Source: Candidatus Parcubacteria bacterium | Lineage (GTDB): Bacteria; Patescibacteriota; Minisyncoccia; UBA6257; 2-01-FULL-56-20 | Length of the DNA stretch: 64,000 nt | NCBI GenBank assembly: GCA_027355945.1 | Contig: DAIEHA010000003.1 | Location: forward strand, 5,769 to 69,768 | Direction: 5' to 3' | In this document: piece after piece, positions 45,414-55,685 of the stretch | How positions within the stretch are numbered: position 1 is the first letter of the stretch | Layout: each line of letters starts with the position of its first letter | Made by a program: the position numbers and the translations under genes | The notes under the pieces: generated by a model | The model's input: only the letters and a program-made list of their open reading frames with translations | What the model was told of the DNA's origin: nothing | Database searches by the model: none

Positions 45414-46802
45414 CTATCTTTTCCTTCTCCTGAGGAACGCAGGGATGTCCCACGCATCGCTCTCCTTCTCCTTGTTCGCGCTCATGCCCGCACCTCCCAT
45501 CTTTGTCCCGGTCTCGCCCTTCTGCGCATTCGGGGCTGACGGCGAACCGATTCTCTGCTGAGCCACCAGCTCATCGGCGGATTCCTCGCCGCGGGCATGG
45601 ATGGTCGTTTCTTTGGCGGAGGAAGAGGAAGAGGCCGTCCCGCCGAAGCCGTTCCGTTCGGACATGGTTGCCGGAGTGGACTGCTTTTTGATACCGAGGG
45701 ACGAGGATTCGAATCCGGACCTCCCGAAGATGTTCTGGCGCGATTCGTAAGGATTGGTCCCGAACAGCGAACCGTTCTGCGAACCGTTGAAGCCGGCGGC
45801 GATCACGGTGACCTTGAGCTGTCCCGCGGGCATCATCCTGTCGTAATATGCGCCGAAGATGATCCTGGCACCGGGATCCGCGGTTTGCGCCACGATCTTC
45901 GCGGCGTCGTTCACTTCGGTCATCTTGAGGTCCCGACCGCCCGTAATGCCAAGCAAGACGGCTCTCGCGCCGTCAGGGCTCGTTTCGAGGAGCGGCGAAT
46001 GGAGTGCGGCCGTCACCGCCTTCACCGCGCGATCGGCGCCGCTAGCGCGCCCTACGCCGATGATGGCGATACCCGCATCCTGCATGATATTCTTCACATC
46101 CGCAAAATCGACATTGATGATGCCCGGCATGGCGATCATCTCGACGAGGCCCTTCAATGCATTGCGAAGGATGTCGTCGATCGCCTCGAACGCTTTCACG
46201 ATCGGCGTGTCTTTCCCGATCACGGTGAAGATGCGGTCGTTCGGCACGACGATCATCGCATCGACTTTATCGCGCAGTTTGAGGAGTCCCTCGCTCGCGA
46301 GCCTCTCGCGCTGGGAGCCTTCGAATGCGAACGGCTTCGTGACGACGGCGACCGTGAGCGCTCCCGCCTGTTTCGCGGTCTCCGCGATGACGGGCGTGGC
46401 GCCCGTGCCCGTGCCTCCGCCGAGTCCTGCAGCAATGAACACGAGGTCCGCCCCCTGGACCACCTCGCTGATCTCCGAGCGGTTCTCCTCGGCCGCCTGG
46501 CGTCCGAGATCGGGGTTCATGCCGGTCCCAAGGCCCTTCGTGAGCCCCTTGCCGATATAAAGCCGAGTCCTCACTTCGCAGTGATCGAGGTCCTGATGAT
46601 CGGTGTTGATGGCGACGAAATCGACGCCGCGATAGAAATCCTTCGCCATGCGGGCGACGGCATTGCCCCCTCCTCCTCCCACGCCGATCACTTTGACGTT
46701 GGCCGAAAGCGGCTGGAACGGCTTCTTCTTCTCGGAACCCGTCTTCCGGCTGCTCGTGCGGCGCGGTGCGGTATGATGTGTATTCGCCTTCGCCATGGTC
46801 AA
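45414..46802 (-). CDS. ftsZ: cell division protein FtsZ
   Basis: Tubulin signature GGGTGTG, IGVGGGGGNAV, and a C-terminal conserved peptide DIPAFLRRR. Confidence 0.95.
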   Translation of the reverse strand: MTMAKANTHHTAPRRTSSRKTGSEKKKPFQPLSANVKVIGVGGGGGNAVARMAKDFYRGVDFVAINTDHQDLDHCEVRTRLYIGKGLTKGLGTGMNPDLGRQAAEENRSEISEVVQGADLVFIAAGLGGGTGTGATPVIAETAKQAGALTVAVVTKPFAFEGSQRERLASEGLLKLRDKVDAMIVVPNDRIFTVIGKDTPIVKAFEAIDDILRNALKGLVEMIAMPGIINVDFADVKNIMQDAGIAIIGVGRASGADRAVKAVTAALHSPLLETSPDGARAVLLGITGGRDLKMTEVNDAAKIVAQTADPGARIIFGAYYDRMMPAGQLKVTVIAAGFNGSQNGSLFGTNPYESRQNIFGRSGFESSSLGIKKQSTPATMSERNGFGGTASSSSSAKETTIHARGEESADELVAQQRIGSPSAPNAQKGETGTKMGGAGMSANKEKESDAWDIPAFLRRRKR

Positions 46803-46830
46803 TTGTTCCTATGATACTATCACAAAAAAA

Positions 46831-48078
46831 TCAGGGAGTGAAATAGTTGAGAAAACCCTTGAATCCTGCCCGTGGAGATGACGCTTCTTCGGTCTTCCCC
46901 TCGAAATCCATGCCCCACAGCACGAGGCCGAACGCAACGGTAAAGGCGGGATCCTCGAGGTATTCCTTGAACGCGCCACCTTCGGCCTCCCATTCATCGG
47001 AAAGGGTGAACCCTATCTGGGATGCGAGCTTCATCTCCTGCTTCACGAGATCCGTGATGCCGGGAAGCTTGGCTCCTCCGCCCACGATCACCGCGCCGCC
47101 GGGCAACTGGCCGAACTTCTGGATGAGCTTCAGCTCGTTGTTCACGAGATCGAAAACCTCCTCAAGCCGCGATTCGATGATCTCTGCGATGAACCGTCGG
47201 GATACGGAGGCCTTCGCTTGGGGGACGAACTTCGAAAGATCGACGGATTCCTTGGCTCCCACCTCGCGGGCGAGCGCATACCCATAACGGAGTTTCACCT
47301 CCTCTGCGGCATCGACGGGTATTTTGAGGCCTACGGCAAGATCGTTCGATATGTTTCCCGCGCCCACGGGGAATTTCGTGACACCGAGCAGGCGGTCCTC
47401 CTCATAGGAAACGACCCCGGTCGTGCCGAACCCCAGATCGATGAGGACCGTGCCGAGGTCCTTCTGGCGTTTCGACAGCGCTGCGCGCGCGGCGACGAGC
47501 GGTCCGAACACGAGTCCCCGCACATCGCCTCCCGCAAGCTCCACGGCGCGTGTGAGCGCTTTGATGTGCGGCGAGAATGCATCGATGATGAGCGATTGGA
47601 CCTCGAGCCTGGAGCCGGAAAGGCCGAGCGGGTCTGCGATGTCCCCCACACCATCCACCATGAACTCCCTCGTGACGTCATGGATGATCGTGCGATTCTG
47701 GGGAAGGTTCACCGCCCGCGATGCCCGGACCGCGCGGTCCATATCGTCTTTATAGATCTCGGCATCCGCACGGGAGACCGCAACGATGCCCCGGGAGATC
47801 TGCATTTTCGCTTGCGGCGTCCCTATGCTCGCATAGATATTCTTCGCGGCGGACTTGGAGACCTTCTTCGCTTCGGCGATCGCCCGGTTGATCGCCTGGG
47901 AGGCCTCACTAAGGTCGATGACGGCCCCTTTGCGCAGGCCAAGCGAAGGTTCCTCATAGACGTGCACCACCGACGGTCGGCGGCCGCGGCAATCCGCAAC
48001 GACAAGTTTGAGGGATGAGGTGCCGATATCGAGCCCTGTGATAAGATCGCTGCCGCCTCTAAATCCCCTGAATTTCAT
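46831..48078 (-). CDS. ftsA: cell division protein FtsA
   Basis: Actin-like fold motifs LDIGTSSLKLVV, VIDLGFGTT, VGGGAKLPGI. Immediately upstream of ftsZ. Confidence 0.9.
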   Translation of the reverse strand: MKFRGFRGGSDLITGLDIGTSSLKLVVADCRGRRPSVVHVYEEPSLGLRKGAVIDLSEASQAINRAIAEAKKVSKSAAKNIYASIGTPQAKMQISRGIVAVSRADAEIYKDDMDRAVRASRAVNLPQNRTIIHDVTREFMVDGVGDIADPLGLSGSRLEVQSLIIDAFSPHIKALTRAVELAGGDVRGLVFGPLVAARAALSKRQKDLGTVLIDLGFGTTGVVSYEEDRLLGVTKFPVGAGNISNDLAVGLKIPVDAAEEVKLRYGYALAREVGAKESVDLSKFVPQAKASVSRRFIAEIIESRLEEVFDLVNNELKLIQKFGQLPGGAVIVGGGAKLPGITDLVKQEMKLASQIGFTLSDEWEAEGGAFKEYLEDPAFTVAFGLVLWGMDFEGKTEEASSPRAGFKGFLNYFTP

Positions 48079-48154
48079 ACCACTATGATATCAGGAAAGA
48101 CGGGCGAAAGGAACTGTGCAAAAAAATGCCGCGTGTGCGCGGCATCCGGTCGTA

Positions 48155-48553
48155 TCAGCGTGATTTCCCCTTTTTCCCGATCGCCGCGAGGATCTTCGCC
48201 TCCAAACCTTCCATACGTACGGCATCCGCCTTCTTCTCGTGGTCATATCCAAGAAGGTGCAGAATGCCGTGGAGAAGGAGCGGGGCGGCGCGCTCGGGCT
48301 CTTTGCGGAGGATATCCTTGTTGAGATACACCTCGCCGAGATATTTCGCTCGAACCTCAGGATGCGGGAATGCAAGGGGGTCCTTGAAGGAAAGTACGTT
48401 CGGTTCGGTCTTTTTCTTTATGAAACGCGCCTTGAGGGCTGCGATATCGGCATCCTTCAAAAGGAAGATGTCGAGGGTCGCTCCGGTGACCTTAAGATGC
48501 TTCAGGAGCTTTTTGGCAAGCGTATGGAGCGCGGCTTCGGTCCAGAGGGGCAT
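48155..48553 (-). CDS. ybeY: rRNA maturation endoribonuclease YbeY
   Basis: Metal-binding motif HGILHLLGYDH. 132 aa. Confidence 0.85.
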   Translation of the reverse strand: MPLWTEAALHTLAKKLLKHLKVTGATLDIFLLKDADIAALKARFIKKKTEPNVLSFKDPLAFPHPEVRAKYLGEVYLNKDILRKEPERAAPLLLHGILHLLGYDHEKKADAVRMEGLEAKILAAIGKKGKSR

Positions 48554-48575
48554 GGTCGTACGCGTTTCGGATGCC

Positions 48576-49025
48576 TTACGCGCCCAAGGTTTCCTTGATG
48601 ATCTCTCCTACCAGCGTGCCATCCGCACGGCCCTTCACCTCCTTCATCGTTTCGCGCATGAGCGAGGGAAAATCACTCGCACCCGCAGCGTGCGCACGGG
48701 CGACGATCGCCGCGATCTCCTCGCGGGAAAGTTCCTTGGGAAGATATTCCATGATCACTGCGAGATCCGCCTCCTCCTTGGCTGCGAGATCCGCCCTTCC
48801 GCCCTGGGTGAAAAGCGCGATGGATTCCTTGCGCCGCTTGGCTTCTTTCCGAAGCGCCGCGATCGCCTCATCGTCCGTAAGGACGGCGGAGGGGTCCTTC
48901 GCCTGTTTTTCCTTTTCCGCGGACTTGAGCCCGGAAAGCACGAAGCGCACCGTTTCAAGGCGCGCGTGATCGCCGCCTTTCATGGCGGTCTTCATATCAT
49001 CGGTGAGCGTATGGATAAGGGACAT
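48576..49025 (-). CDS. GatB/YqeY-domain protein
   Basis: 149 aa. YqeY-like pattern (DMKTAMKGGD...VLSGLKSAEKEK...AVIMEYLPKELS). Confidence 0.7.
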   Translation of the reverse strand: MSLIHTLTDDMKTAMKGGDHARLETVRFVLSGLKSAEKEKQAKDPSAVLTDDEAIAALRKEAKRRKESIALFTQGGRADLAAKEEADLAVIMEYLPKELSREEIAAIVARAHAAGASDFPSLMRETMKEVKGRADGTLVGEIIKETLGA

Positions 49026-49065
49026 AGGTTCGTGTGGCGAGATGACCGCGGAACCCGCGTTGTCG

Positions 49066-49281
49066 CTAAATGAGCCCGAGCTTCTTCTGGCGCTCGATAT
49101 CCGCCTTCTTCTCTTCGCGATGGATCGCGGATGCGCGCCGTTTGATCCTGCTCATAGGGCGGTCATGATACTTCCGGCTGCGGACCTCCTTCAAGATGCC
49201 GCTGCGCTTCACCCGCCGGGTGAAGTTGTATAATATCGCATTCGGCGACTCGCCGTCCTTTTTTCGCACTTCTATTGCCAT
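49066..49281 (-). CDS. rpsU: 30S ribosomal protein bS21
   Basis: MAIEVRKKDGESPNAILYNFTRRVKRSGILKEVRSRKYH is a strong S21 match. Start set at the internal ATG. The ORF is open up to 49329. Confidence 0.85.
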   Translation of the reverse strand: MAIEVRKKDGESPNAILYNFTRRVKRSGILKEVRSRKYHDRPMSRIKRRASAIHREEKKADIERQKKLGLI

Positions 49282-49355
49282 GAGGAGGAGTATATATGAC
49301 CGCGGCACATTTAGCAAGGGACGGGGCACCGTCCCTCGAAGCCCGGCGTAGCAGC

Positions 49356-50687
49356 TTATTTTGCGGAAAGCCTGCGCTTAAGCTCATCCACGATCCGGTC
49401 GACGGGCACCGCTTCCTGGGTACCGCTCGTAAGGTCGCGGAGGATGAGGGAATTCTCGTATATCTCCTTCTGTCCGAGGATGAGCGCAAACCCGATACCC
49501 TCCTTATCAGCAACTTTGAGCTGATTGCCGAGGGAATCCTTCGTGAGGGATTCGGAGACCATGATCCCCTTCTCCCGGAGCATCTTCACGAGTGCGAAGG
49601 AACGCTTTCTCGAAAGATCCCCTGCGTGGGCGAAGAATACGCGCTTTGCGGCGACGGCGTTCCCATTGGGAGGGATCTCCTTGGCGCGCATGACGGCGAT
49701 CAAACGCTCGATGCCCGATGCACCTCCCACCGCGGGGGTGATATGCCCGCCGATCGTCTCCATGAGATAGTCATAACGCCCGCCGGCCGCAAGGGCGCCG
49801 ATCTCCCCTTCGGGACCTGAGGCGTAGAACTCGAACACGGTCCGGCTATAATAATCGAGCCCCCGCACGAGCCGCGGATCGAGCTCATAGGGGATCTTCA
49901 CCTCATCGAGATATTCAAGGGCCTCTTTGAAATGGTTGCTGCAGTTCACGCAAAGCTTGTCGAGGATGCTCGGCGCATCCGCTTTGAGCTTCTCGCACTC
50001 CGGCTCTTTGCAATCAAGGAGGCGCAGCGGGTTCGTATCGATGCGCGCGCGGCAATCCTCGCAGAGCTCGCTCTCGTGGGATTTGTAGTAGGCGATGAGC
50101 TGCTTGCGATAGATCGGGCGGCAGACGCGGCACCCGATGGAATTCAATTTGAGGACGGGTGACTTGATCTTGAGCTCCGCAAGGAGGTCGCTGAAGAACG
50201 AGATGGTCTCCGCATCATACATGGGATCGCTCACCCCGCCGAGGGTCTCGAGGTCGATCTGGGTGAACTGCCGGGCACGGCCGAGCTGGGGACGTTCATG
50301 GCGGAAGATATGCCCCATTGCAATGAGCCGCTGAGGCTGGGACATGCGGGACATCCCATGCTCGAGATATGCGCGCGCGATCCCCGGCGTATATTCAGGC
50401 CGGAGCGCGAGGGAATCCCCTCCTTTCGTCTTCAGCGTATACATCTCCTTCTGGACGACATCGGTCGTCTCCCCGGAGGTCTTATTGTAAAGTTCCGCGA
50501 ACTCAAGGACGGGGGGTTCGATGCGGGAGAACCCGTAACGCTTGGCGATGCTGCGCGCGGCGCCCTCTATTCTCTCCCAATAGGGCTCATCGGAGGGAAG
50601 CACGTCGTGCATGCCTTTGACGGCCTGGAACGAGCGCGCCGGTGCCTGATCTTTTTCTTTCTTGTTTTCAACGGAAGACATTGGCAC
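49356..50687 (-). CDS. hisS: histidyl-tRNA synthetase
   Basis: Class II motifs 1-3 (FRHERPQLGRARQFTQ, GGRYD, GFALILG region). C-terminal anticodon-binding domain. 443 aa. Confidence 0.9.
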   Translation of the reverse strand: MPMSSVENKKEKDQAPARSFQAVKGMHDVLPSDEPYWERIEGAARSIAKRYGFSRIEPPVLEFAELYNKTSGETTDVVQKEMYTLKTKGGDSLALRPEYTPGIARAYLEHGMSRMSQPQRLIAMGHIFRHERPQLGRARQFTQIDLETLGGVSDPMYDAETISFFSDLLAELKIKSPVLKLNSIGCRVCRPIYRKQLIAYYKSHESELCEDCRARIDTNPLRLLDCKEPECEKLKADAPSILDKLCVNCSNHFKEALEYLDEVKIPYELDPRLVRGLDYYSRTVFEFYASGPEGEIGALAAGGRYDYLMETIGGHITPAVGGASGIERLIAVMRAKEIPPNGNAVAAKRVFFAHAGDLSRKRSFALVKMLREKGIMVSESLTKDSLGNQLKVADKEGIGFALILGQKEIYENSLILRDLTSGTQEAVPVDRIVDELKRRLSAK

Positions 50688-50717
50688 TATATGATGGATG
50701 GATGACTGATATGGCCT

Positions 50718-51293
50718 TTACGAACCGCCTACGGCGGACACGGGATACGCAGGTGCGGAGAAGACGGAAAGCTGATTGAGCGGCCACAGGCGGAAGCGGA
50801 CGAGACCCACGATGTCCGAGGCCGGCATGAACCCCCAGCTCCGTGAATCATAGCTCAAAGGACGATTATCGCCGAGCACATAGTAATCGCCCTGGGGCAC
50901 GGTGACGTCATAATGGCCGGAGGTCTCTGTTCCGGGGGAAAGATAGGGCTCTTTCAGAAGGAATCCGTTCGGATGCTGGGTGTCGTAGATGGAGACCGAA
51001 CCGTTATTGATGACCACGCGGTTCCCCGGGAGACCGATGATGCGTTTCACGAAATATGTGGAATAATCCTGGGGATCGTGGAACACGATGATCTCCCCCC
51101 GCTCCGGAGGCCGAATGCGATACGTGAGTTCGTCGATGAGAAGATAGTTGCCGTCTGCAAGGGTGGGATACATGCTCGTACCGCTCACGAGGAACGGCTG
51201 GACGAGAAATGCCCGGATGATGAAGACCGCGGCGACGGCGATTACGGCGATTTCCACCACTTCAAGGAGCGACGCTAAAAATTTCCTCATATA
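50718..51293 (-). CDS. lepB: signal peptidase I
   Basis: TM anchor then SPase I boxes GTSMYPTL (Ser), VKRIIGLPG (Lys), GDNRPLSYDSR. The long ORF-finder extension to 51842 overlaps pth and is rejected. Confidence 0.85.
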   Translation of the reverse strand, partial: YMRKFLASLLEVVEIAVIAVAAVFIIRAFLVQPFLVSGTSMYPTLADGNYLLIDELTYRIRPPERGEIIVFHDPQDYSTYFVKRIIGLPGNRVVINNGSVSIYDTQHPNGFLLKEPYLSPGTETSGHYDVTVPQGDYYVLGDNRPLSYDSRSWGFMPASDIVGLVRFRLWPLNQLSVFSAPAYPVSAVGGS

Positions 51294-51314
51294 AGTAGTA
51301 CCATTATAAAGAAC

Positions 51315-51872
51315 ATGATACACGATGCGCAAGTCAGGATCGTAGCGGGTCTCGGCAATCCAGGCCCGGAGTATGACCGCACCTACCATAATGCAGGGGT
51401 GCTTTCGCTCCCGTTCATTGCCGCGGAGCTTGCGACGGATGACGGGCCGCTCGCATTCATCCGCTATAAAAAGAGCTTTGAGTACGCAAAGGCGGGCGGC
51501 TGGGTGTTCGTGAGGCCCCTCGCATATATGAATGATTCCGGTGCGGCCGTGAAGGACGCGCTCAAGGTGTTCAAGGCGAAACCCGAAGACCTTGCCGTGG
51601 CGCACGACGATAGCGACCTCACGCTCGGATCGTTCAAGATCGTGAAGGGAGGTGGTGCGGCGGGGCACAAAGGGATACGTTCCATCATCGAACAGATCGG
51701 CACGCAGGAATTCCTCCGCATCCGCATCGGCATCCGCGCAGCAGACGAGACGCATCGCAAAAAGGCCGGGGATTTCGTGCTTTCGACGATCGCTCCGGCA
51801 CAAATGAAGGTCCTTGAAGCGGCATTCGGTGCGGCGGCGCACGAACTGTTGCTCAAATGGCCCGCGGCATGA
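51315..51872 (+). CDS. pth: peptidyl-tRNA hydrolase
   Basis: IVAGLGNPGPEYDRTYHNAG..., His-active-site pattern. 185 aa. Divergent from lepB. Confidence 0.85.
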   Translation: MIHDAQVRIVAGLGNPGPEYDRTYHNAGVLSLPFIAAELATDDGPLAFIRYKKSFEYAKAGGWVFVRPLAYMNDSGAAVKDALKVFKAKPEDLAVAHDDSDLTLGSFKIVKGGGAAGHKGIRSIIEQIGTQEFLRIRIGIRAADETHRKKAGDFVLSTIAPAQMKVLEAAFGAAAHELLLKWPAA

Positions 51873-51897
51873 CCCTCGAAAAGACGCTGGTCTTTAT

Positions 51898-53418
51898 TTA
51901 GGGCATGATGCCTCCGGACAGCGAGAACGTGAGCGAGAACGAATACATGCTCCCGGAAGGCTGGATCGCGGAAAGCGGGAGGTTCACGTTGGAGAATGCG
52001 GGGTCGGCCGTCAGATAATCCCTGAATTGGACGATATCGTCCGCCGTGGAGGCGATGCCCGATACGAAGACGGGGGTCGAAGCGCCCTGGAACGTCACGC
52101 GGCTCAGCACCACGGAGCTCGAGGCCGCCATCGCATCGAGGCGGTCGAGAATGATGTGGCTCTTGTCAGAGGAGAACTGCGCAGCAAGCGCGACGCTTAC
52201 GTCATGATTGAACGCCGTGGAGGATGCCTGGAGCGCCGCGATCTGGGACATGAGCTTCTCTTGTCCCCGAGGGGTGCCGCTCGCGGCAACCTCGTTCACG
52301 ACACCGCCGAGGAAATTGTATGCAAGCGCGAGCGTGGCGACGAGGATGCCGAGCGTGACAGGCACGAGCACGCTCCAGAAATCGAGGAATGCGATCGTCT
52401 GTTGTTTGCGGTAGGCTTCGGCCGCAACATCACCCGAAAGGCTTATTTCGCCCTTTCCGGTGCCTCCGCGGAGCGCCGCGCCGTACGCTGCAAGCCATTC
52501 CTGCACATCCTCGCCGGCATTGAACGCCGGCGAAAGGACGGGGAGCGTGGTGGCTCCTGCGATCGCGGCGGATGCCTCCTTCCCGAACGCCACGGCGATC
52601 ACGAGGACGCCCCCGAGCTCCTCCTGCCATCGCTGATGATAGAAATTGAAGACCTGCCGGAAGTTCGCGGCAACAGCCTCGTTGAAACGCTCCATGGTGA
52701 CCTGCCCTTTGGCATCGCCAAGGTCCGTCCACGGGGTCTGATATTCGAAATAAAGCTCGCCGTTCCTCAGAACGAGGAAATCGATGCCCGTATCATCAAC
52801 GTCGAGGAGAAGGTACGATCGCGAGGAATCGAGCGATGCGGTCCGTTCCCTGATCGTGCGCGCAAGGGAGATGGCACGCGACTCGACGTCGATCGCCACG
52901 AATCCCGCTTCGAAGAGGATGGGGATGAGGTCGTCCACGATCTTCCGTTCGATGAACGCCGAGGCAACCTGGGTCCTCATCGTACTCGTATCGGCCGCAA
53001 GCACGCGCGAACCGAAATAGGACTTTGCAAGATCGTCCGGCGAGGACATCTGCACATTGAGATCGATCGCCTTTTTGAGCTCCTTCTCCTGGAGGAGCGG
53101 GAGCGTGAAAGACTGGGTATAGACGTTCGCGGAACCGAGGGACACGACGACGGTCATCTTCCTGTTCGGGCGTCCGCGCAGCGAAGGGACCTGGGAACGG
53201 AGCTCTTGGAGCGCACGGGCGAGTGTGAGGGGGTCCTTTACGGCACCGTGCTCCATGACGCCGGGACCAAGCACGGTGGCCACGAAACGCCACGTCTCCT
53301 TCTCAAGGTACGCAAGCCGGAGCACCTGGTCGGTGATCTCAAGACCTCCCACATCGCTCCTCACGTGGAGGAGGGAGAGCAGCTTCTCGAATCGTTGTCG
53401 GATCTTTTCGGCGTCCAT
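51898..53418 (-). CDS. fused PilM-PilN-like type IV pilus assembly protein
   Basis: N-terminal ~330 aa actin-like PilM fold (VGGLEITDQVLRLAYLE...LLLDVDDTGIDFLVL). Then TM helix FWSVLVPVTLGILVATLALAY and a ~160-aa PilN-like periplasmic tail. Confidence 0.6.
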   Translation of the reverse strand: MDAEKIRQRFEKLLSLLHVRSDVGGLEITDQVLRLAYLEKETWRFVATVLGPGVMEHGAVKDPLTLARALQELRSQVPSLRGRPNRKMTVVVSLGSANVYTQSFTLPLLQEKELKKAIDLNVQMSSPDDLAKSYFGSRVLAADTSTMRTQVASAFIERKIVDDLIPILFEAGFVAIDVESRAISLARTIRERTASLDSSRSYLLLDVDDTGIDFLVLRNGELYFEYQTPWTDLGDAKGQVTMERFNEAVAANFRQVFNFYHQRWQEELGGVLVIAVAFGKEASAAIAGATTLPVLSPAFNAGEDVQEWLAAYGAALRGGTGKGEISLSGDVAAEAYRKQQTIAFLDFWSVLVPVTLGILVATLALAYNFLGGVVNEVAASGTPRGQEKLMSQIAALQASSTAFNHDVSVALAAQFSSDKSHIILDRLDAMAASSSVVLSRVTFQGASTPVFVSGIASTADDIVQFRDYLTADPAFSNVNLPLSAIQPSGSMYSFSLTFSLSGGIMP

Positions 53419-53460
53419 ATGCTTATTTTACCAAATCTTTCCGTACGGCGCCGAACGGCA

Positions 53461-53880
53461 TCATTGCACCTGCGTCCAGGACACGACGCTGATCTGTCCG
53501 TTGGGCGCGGTGGAGATGACCACCCGGAGGACCTTCGTATGGAACGACGCCGTCGCGGTGGAGGTGACCGTGTAGAATCCGGCGGAGGGGGTGTTGTTCG
53601 CCACATTCACTTGCGTCGTCACGTTGTTGATGGGAAGCGAATAGGACGCGGGAAACGAGGTGATGGACCCCCGGGTAAGGCGCAGGAGGGCGTCCTCAGC
53701 GCCTCCAGTGGCCGCCGCCTGGGCATCAGCGTTGTATTTGACCCCGTAGCTCGATCCGATGAGCGACCCTGAAAGGAAGAGTAGGAGAAGGGCGACGAGC
53801 CCGATCACCGAACCGATGAGGAGCACCATGCCGACGAACATCTGGCCTTTGTTCCGTGGATCGTATATGCGGGTGGGCAT
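53461..53880 (-). CDS. hypothetical membrane protein in pilus locus (pilin-like size, no canonical prepilin cleavage motif)
   Basis: 139 aa. One N-terminal TM helix. S/T-rich beta-type C-terminus. Lies between the pseudopilin and PilM-N genes. Confidence 0.4.
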   Translation of the reverse strand: MPTRIYDPRNKGQMFVGMVLLIGSVIGLVALLLLFLSGSLIGSSYGVKYNADAQAAATGGAEDALLRLTRGSITSFPASYSLPINNVTTQVNVANNTPSAGFYTVTSTATASFHTKVLRVVISTAPNGQISVVSWTQVQ

Positions 53881-53886
53881 GGCGGT

Positions 53887-54441
53887 TTAGTATCCCACCT
53901 CTCCGGTGGGCGCGATCGAGATGGTGGTGGAAACGAGGGGCATCGTACGCGATTCATAGAGGCCGATGCTGATGGTCGTGGTTGCGGGGCATGTGAACCC
54001 TCCGCAGATGCCGTATGCGCCGATCGGCGTGCCGGGCGAGACGCCGCCCGCGGAATAATACACGAAGATCGTCCCGCCGGAGGGAAGGGTCGACGTGGTG
54101 TATGCGATGGAGGAAGGCAGCGCGTAGCGTCCTCCCACGAGCGAGATGGACGAGGTGATGTTCGCGGTGGAGGTAGCAAAGAAAAGCCCGAAATACGGCG
54201 CGGTGGCCGTGGTGTTCGCCATCTCCACGCCCCAGAACCCGTTCGTCGTCTGGCCGTTCTCGTCCCCCGACATCGTGCGGCTCTGCGCCTCGCGGAGCGT
54301 GGTCGCGATCTCCTGCGTGGCGGACGTCACCTGAAGCGAGGCCTTCTGACCCGGGGCGCTCAAGAGGAGCGCGACGCCGAGCACCATGACGATGGCGATG
54401 ACGATGAGCATTTCGGTGAGCGTGAATCCTCGGTGCCTCAT
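53887..54441 (-). CDS. prepilin-type N-terminal cleavage/methylation domain protein (minor pilin/pseudopilin)
   Basis: Class III signal MRHRG|FTLTEMLIVIAIVMVLGVALLL with Glu at +5. Start set at this Met. The ORF is open to 54534. Confidence 0.7.
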   Translation of the reverse strand: MRHRGFTLTEMLIVIAIVMVLGVALLLSAPGQKASLQVTSATQEIATTLREAQSRTMSGDENGQTTNGFWGVEMANTTATAPYFGLFFATSTANITSSISLVGGRYALPSSIAYTTSTLPSGGTIFVYYSAGGVSPGTPIGAYGICGGFTCPATTTISIGLYESRTMPLVSTTISIAPTGEVGY

Positions 54442-54457
54442 GACGGGATGGATGGGA

Positions 54458-55660
54458 CTAGAAAGACGTGGTGAGCTGATAGATCGGCACGATGATGGAA
54501 AGCGCGATGATGGCCACCATGACGCCCATGGCAAGGAGCATCATAGGTTCGAGGAGCGATACGAGCGCGGTGATGTTCGAATCCACGTTCGCGGCGTAGA
54601 ACTGCGCAAGCGTGTCGAGCACCTCTTCCAGGTGCCCCGCGCGTTCGGAGATGGCGACGAGGTTCGTGACGACCTTCGGGAACACCGTCTCGCGCTTGAA
54701 CGCCTCCCCTATCGTAAGGCCCTTCTCGAGCCCGTCGGTCGTGATGCGCATGAGCGCATCGCGGTAGTTGCGCACGCCGACCGTGTCCGCGGCGATGACG
54801 ATCGTCTGGTTGATGGGAAGGCCGGCGGACAAGAGGGAGCTCATCGTGGAGGCCATGCGCTGCATGGCGAGCTCCTCGTAGATCGATCGTATGAACGGCG
54901 TGTGCATCATGAGATCGTCGAACAGCCGCTTCCCCGTAAGGGTCTTCCATACGAACCATACAAGGGCCGCGAGGACGATGATGACCGTGGGCGCGATGAT
55001 ATAAAGATTACTCCCTATGAAAAGTCCGACGCCGAACACGATGCGCGAGAATGTAGGAGGCTGGATGCCGCTCGAGGAGAACACGCCCGCCACCTTCGGC
55101 AGGGCATACGTGACGAGGAATGTGAGAATCGCGGAGGCGATGAGCACGAGCACCGCCGGATAGATGAGCGCGGAACGCACATGGCTCTGCAGCTCCGCAT
55201 CCTTCTCAAGCGATGCGGAAAGGTCCTCGAACGTCTTTTGGAGGTTTCCCGACTTCTCCGCTGCGCGTACGAGGCTTATGAATGTGGGGGAGAACGTCTT
55301 CGGGTAGGCGGCGAACGTCTCGTAAAAAGGCCTTCCTTTGCTCAGATTCTCGCGTACCTCGAGGAGGAACACCCGCACTGCGGGCTTGTCGAAATCGTCG
55401 ATAAGGATGTTGATGGCGGACATGAGGTCCGTGCCCACGCGGAGCATGAGGGCAAGGTACTTCGTGAGGAAGACCTTGTCGGACGTGTTGATCTTCCCCG
55501 TGCCGAACAGAAATCTCTTCTTCTCCTCCACGGGCTTCACGGACACGGGACGCAATCCCTTTCCGGCAAGCCAATGGAGCGCGTCCTGGAGGTCGTTTCC
55601 CTCGAGGTCGCCCTCGGTCATCTGGCCCGTCGTATCGGCCGCCACGTAATGGAACAGCAT
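54458..55660 (-). CDS. pilC: type IV pilus platform protein PilC (GspF family)
   Basis: Two GspF repeats, three TM helices, 400 aa. Sits between the pilB paralog and the pseudopilin. Confidence 0.85.
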   Translation of the reverse strand: MLFHYVAADTTGQMTEGDLEGNDLQDALHWLAGKGLRPVSVKPVEEKKRFLFGTGKINTSDKVFLTKYLALMLRVGTDLMSAINILIDDFDKPAVRVFLLEVRENLSKGRPFYETFAAYPKTFSPTFISLVRAAEKSGNLQKTFEDLSASLEKDAELQSHVRSALIYPAVLVLIASAILTFLVTYALPKVAGVFSSSGIQPPTFSRIVFGVGLFIGSNLYIIAPTVIIVLAALVWFVWKTLTGKRLFDDLMMHTPFIRSIYEELAMQRMASTMSSLLSAGLPINQTIVIAADTVGVRNYRDALMRITTDGLEKGLTIGEAFKRETVFPKVVTNLVAISERAGHLEEVLDTLAQFYAANVDSNITALVSLLEPMMLLAMGVMVAIIALSIIVPIYQLTTSF

Positions 55661-55685
55661 ACCTCAATGATACCACACCGATCCC

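Noticed and set aside
45597-46814. 405-aa plus-strand ORF antisense to ftsZ
   Set aside because: ftsZ on the minus strand is unambiguous (GGGTGTG tubulin signature).
50718-51842. 374-aa extended form of the lepB ORF
   Set aside because: The N-terminal 184 codons overlap pth on the opposite strand and lack any SPase features. The internal ATG at 51293 gives a canonical signal-anchor plus SPase I boxes.
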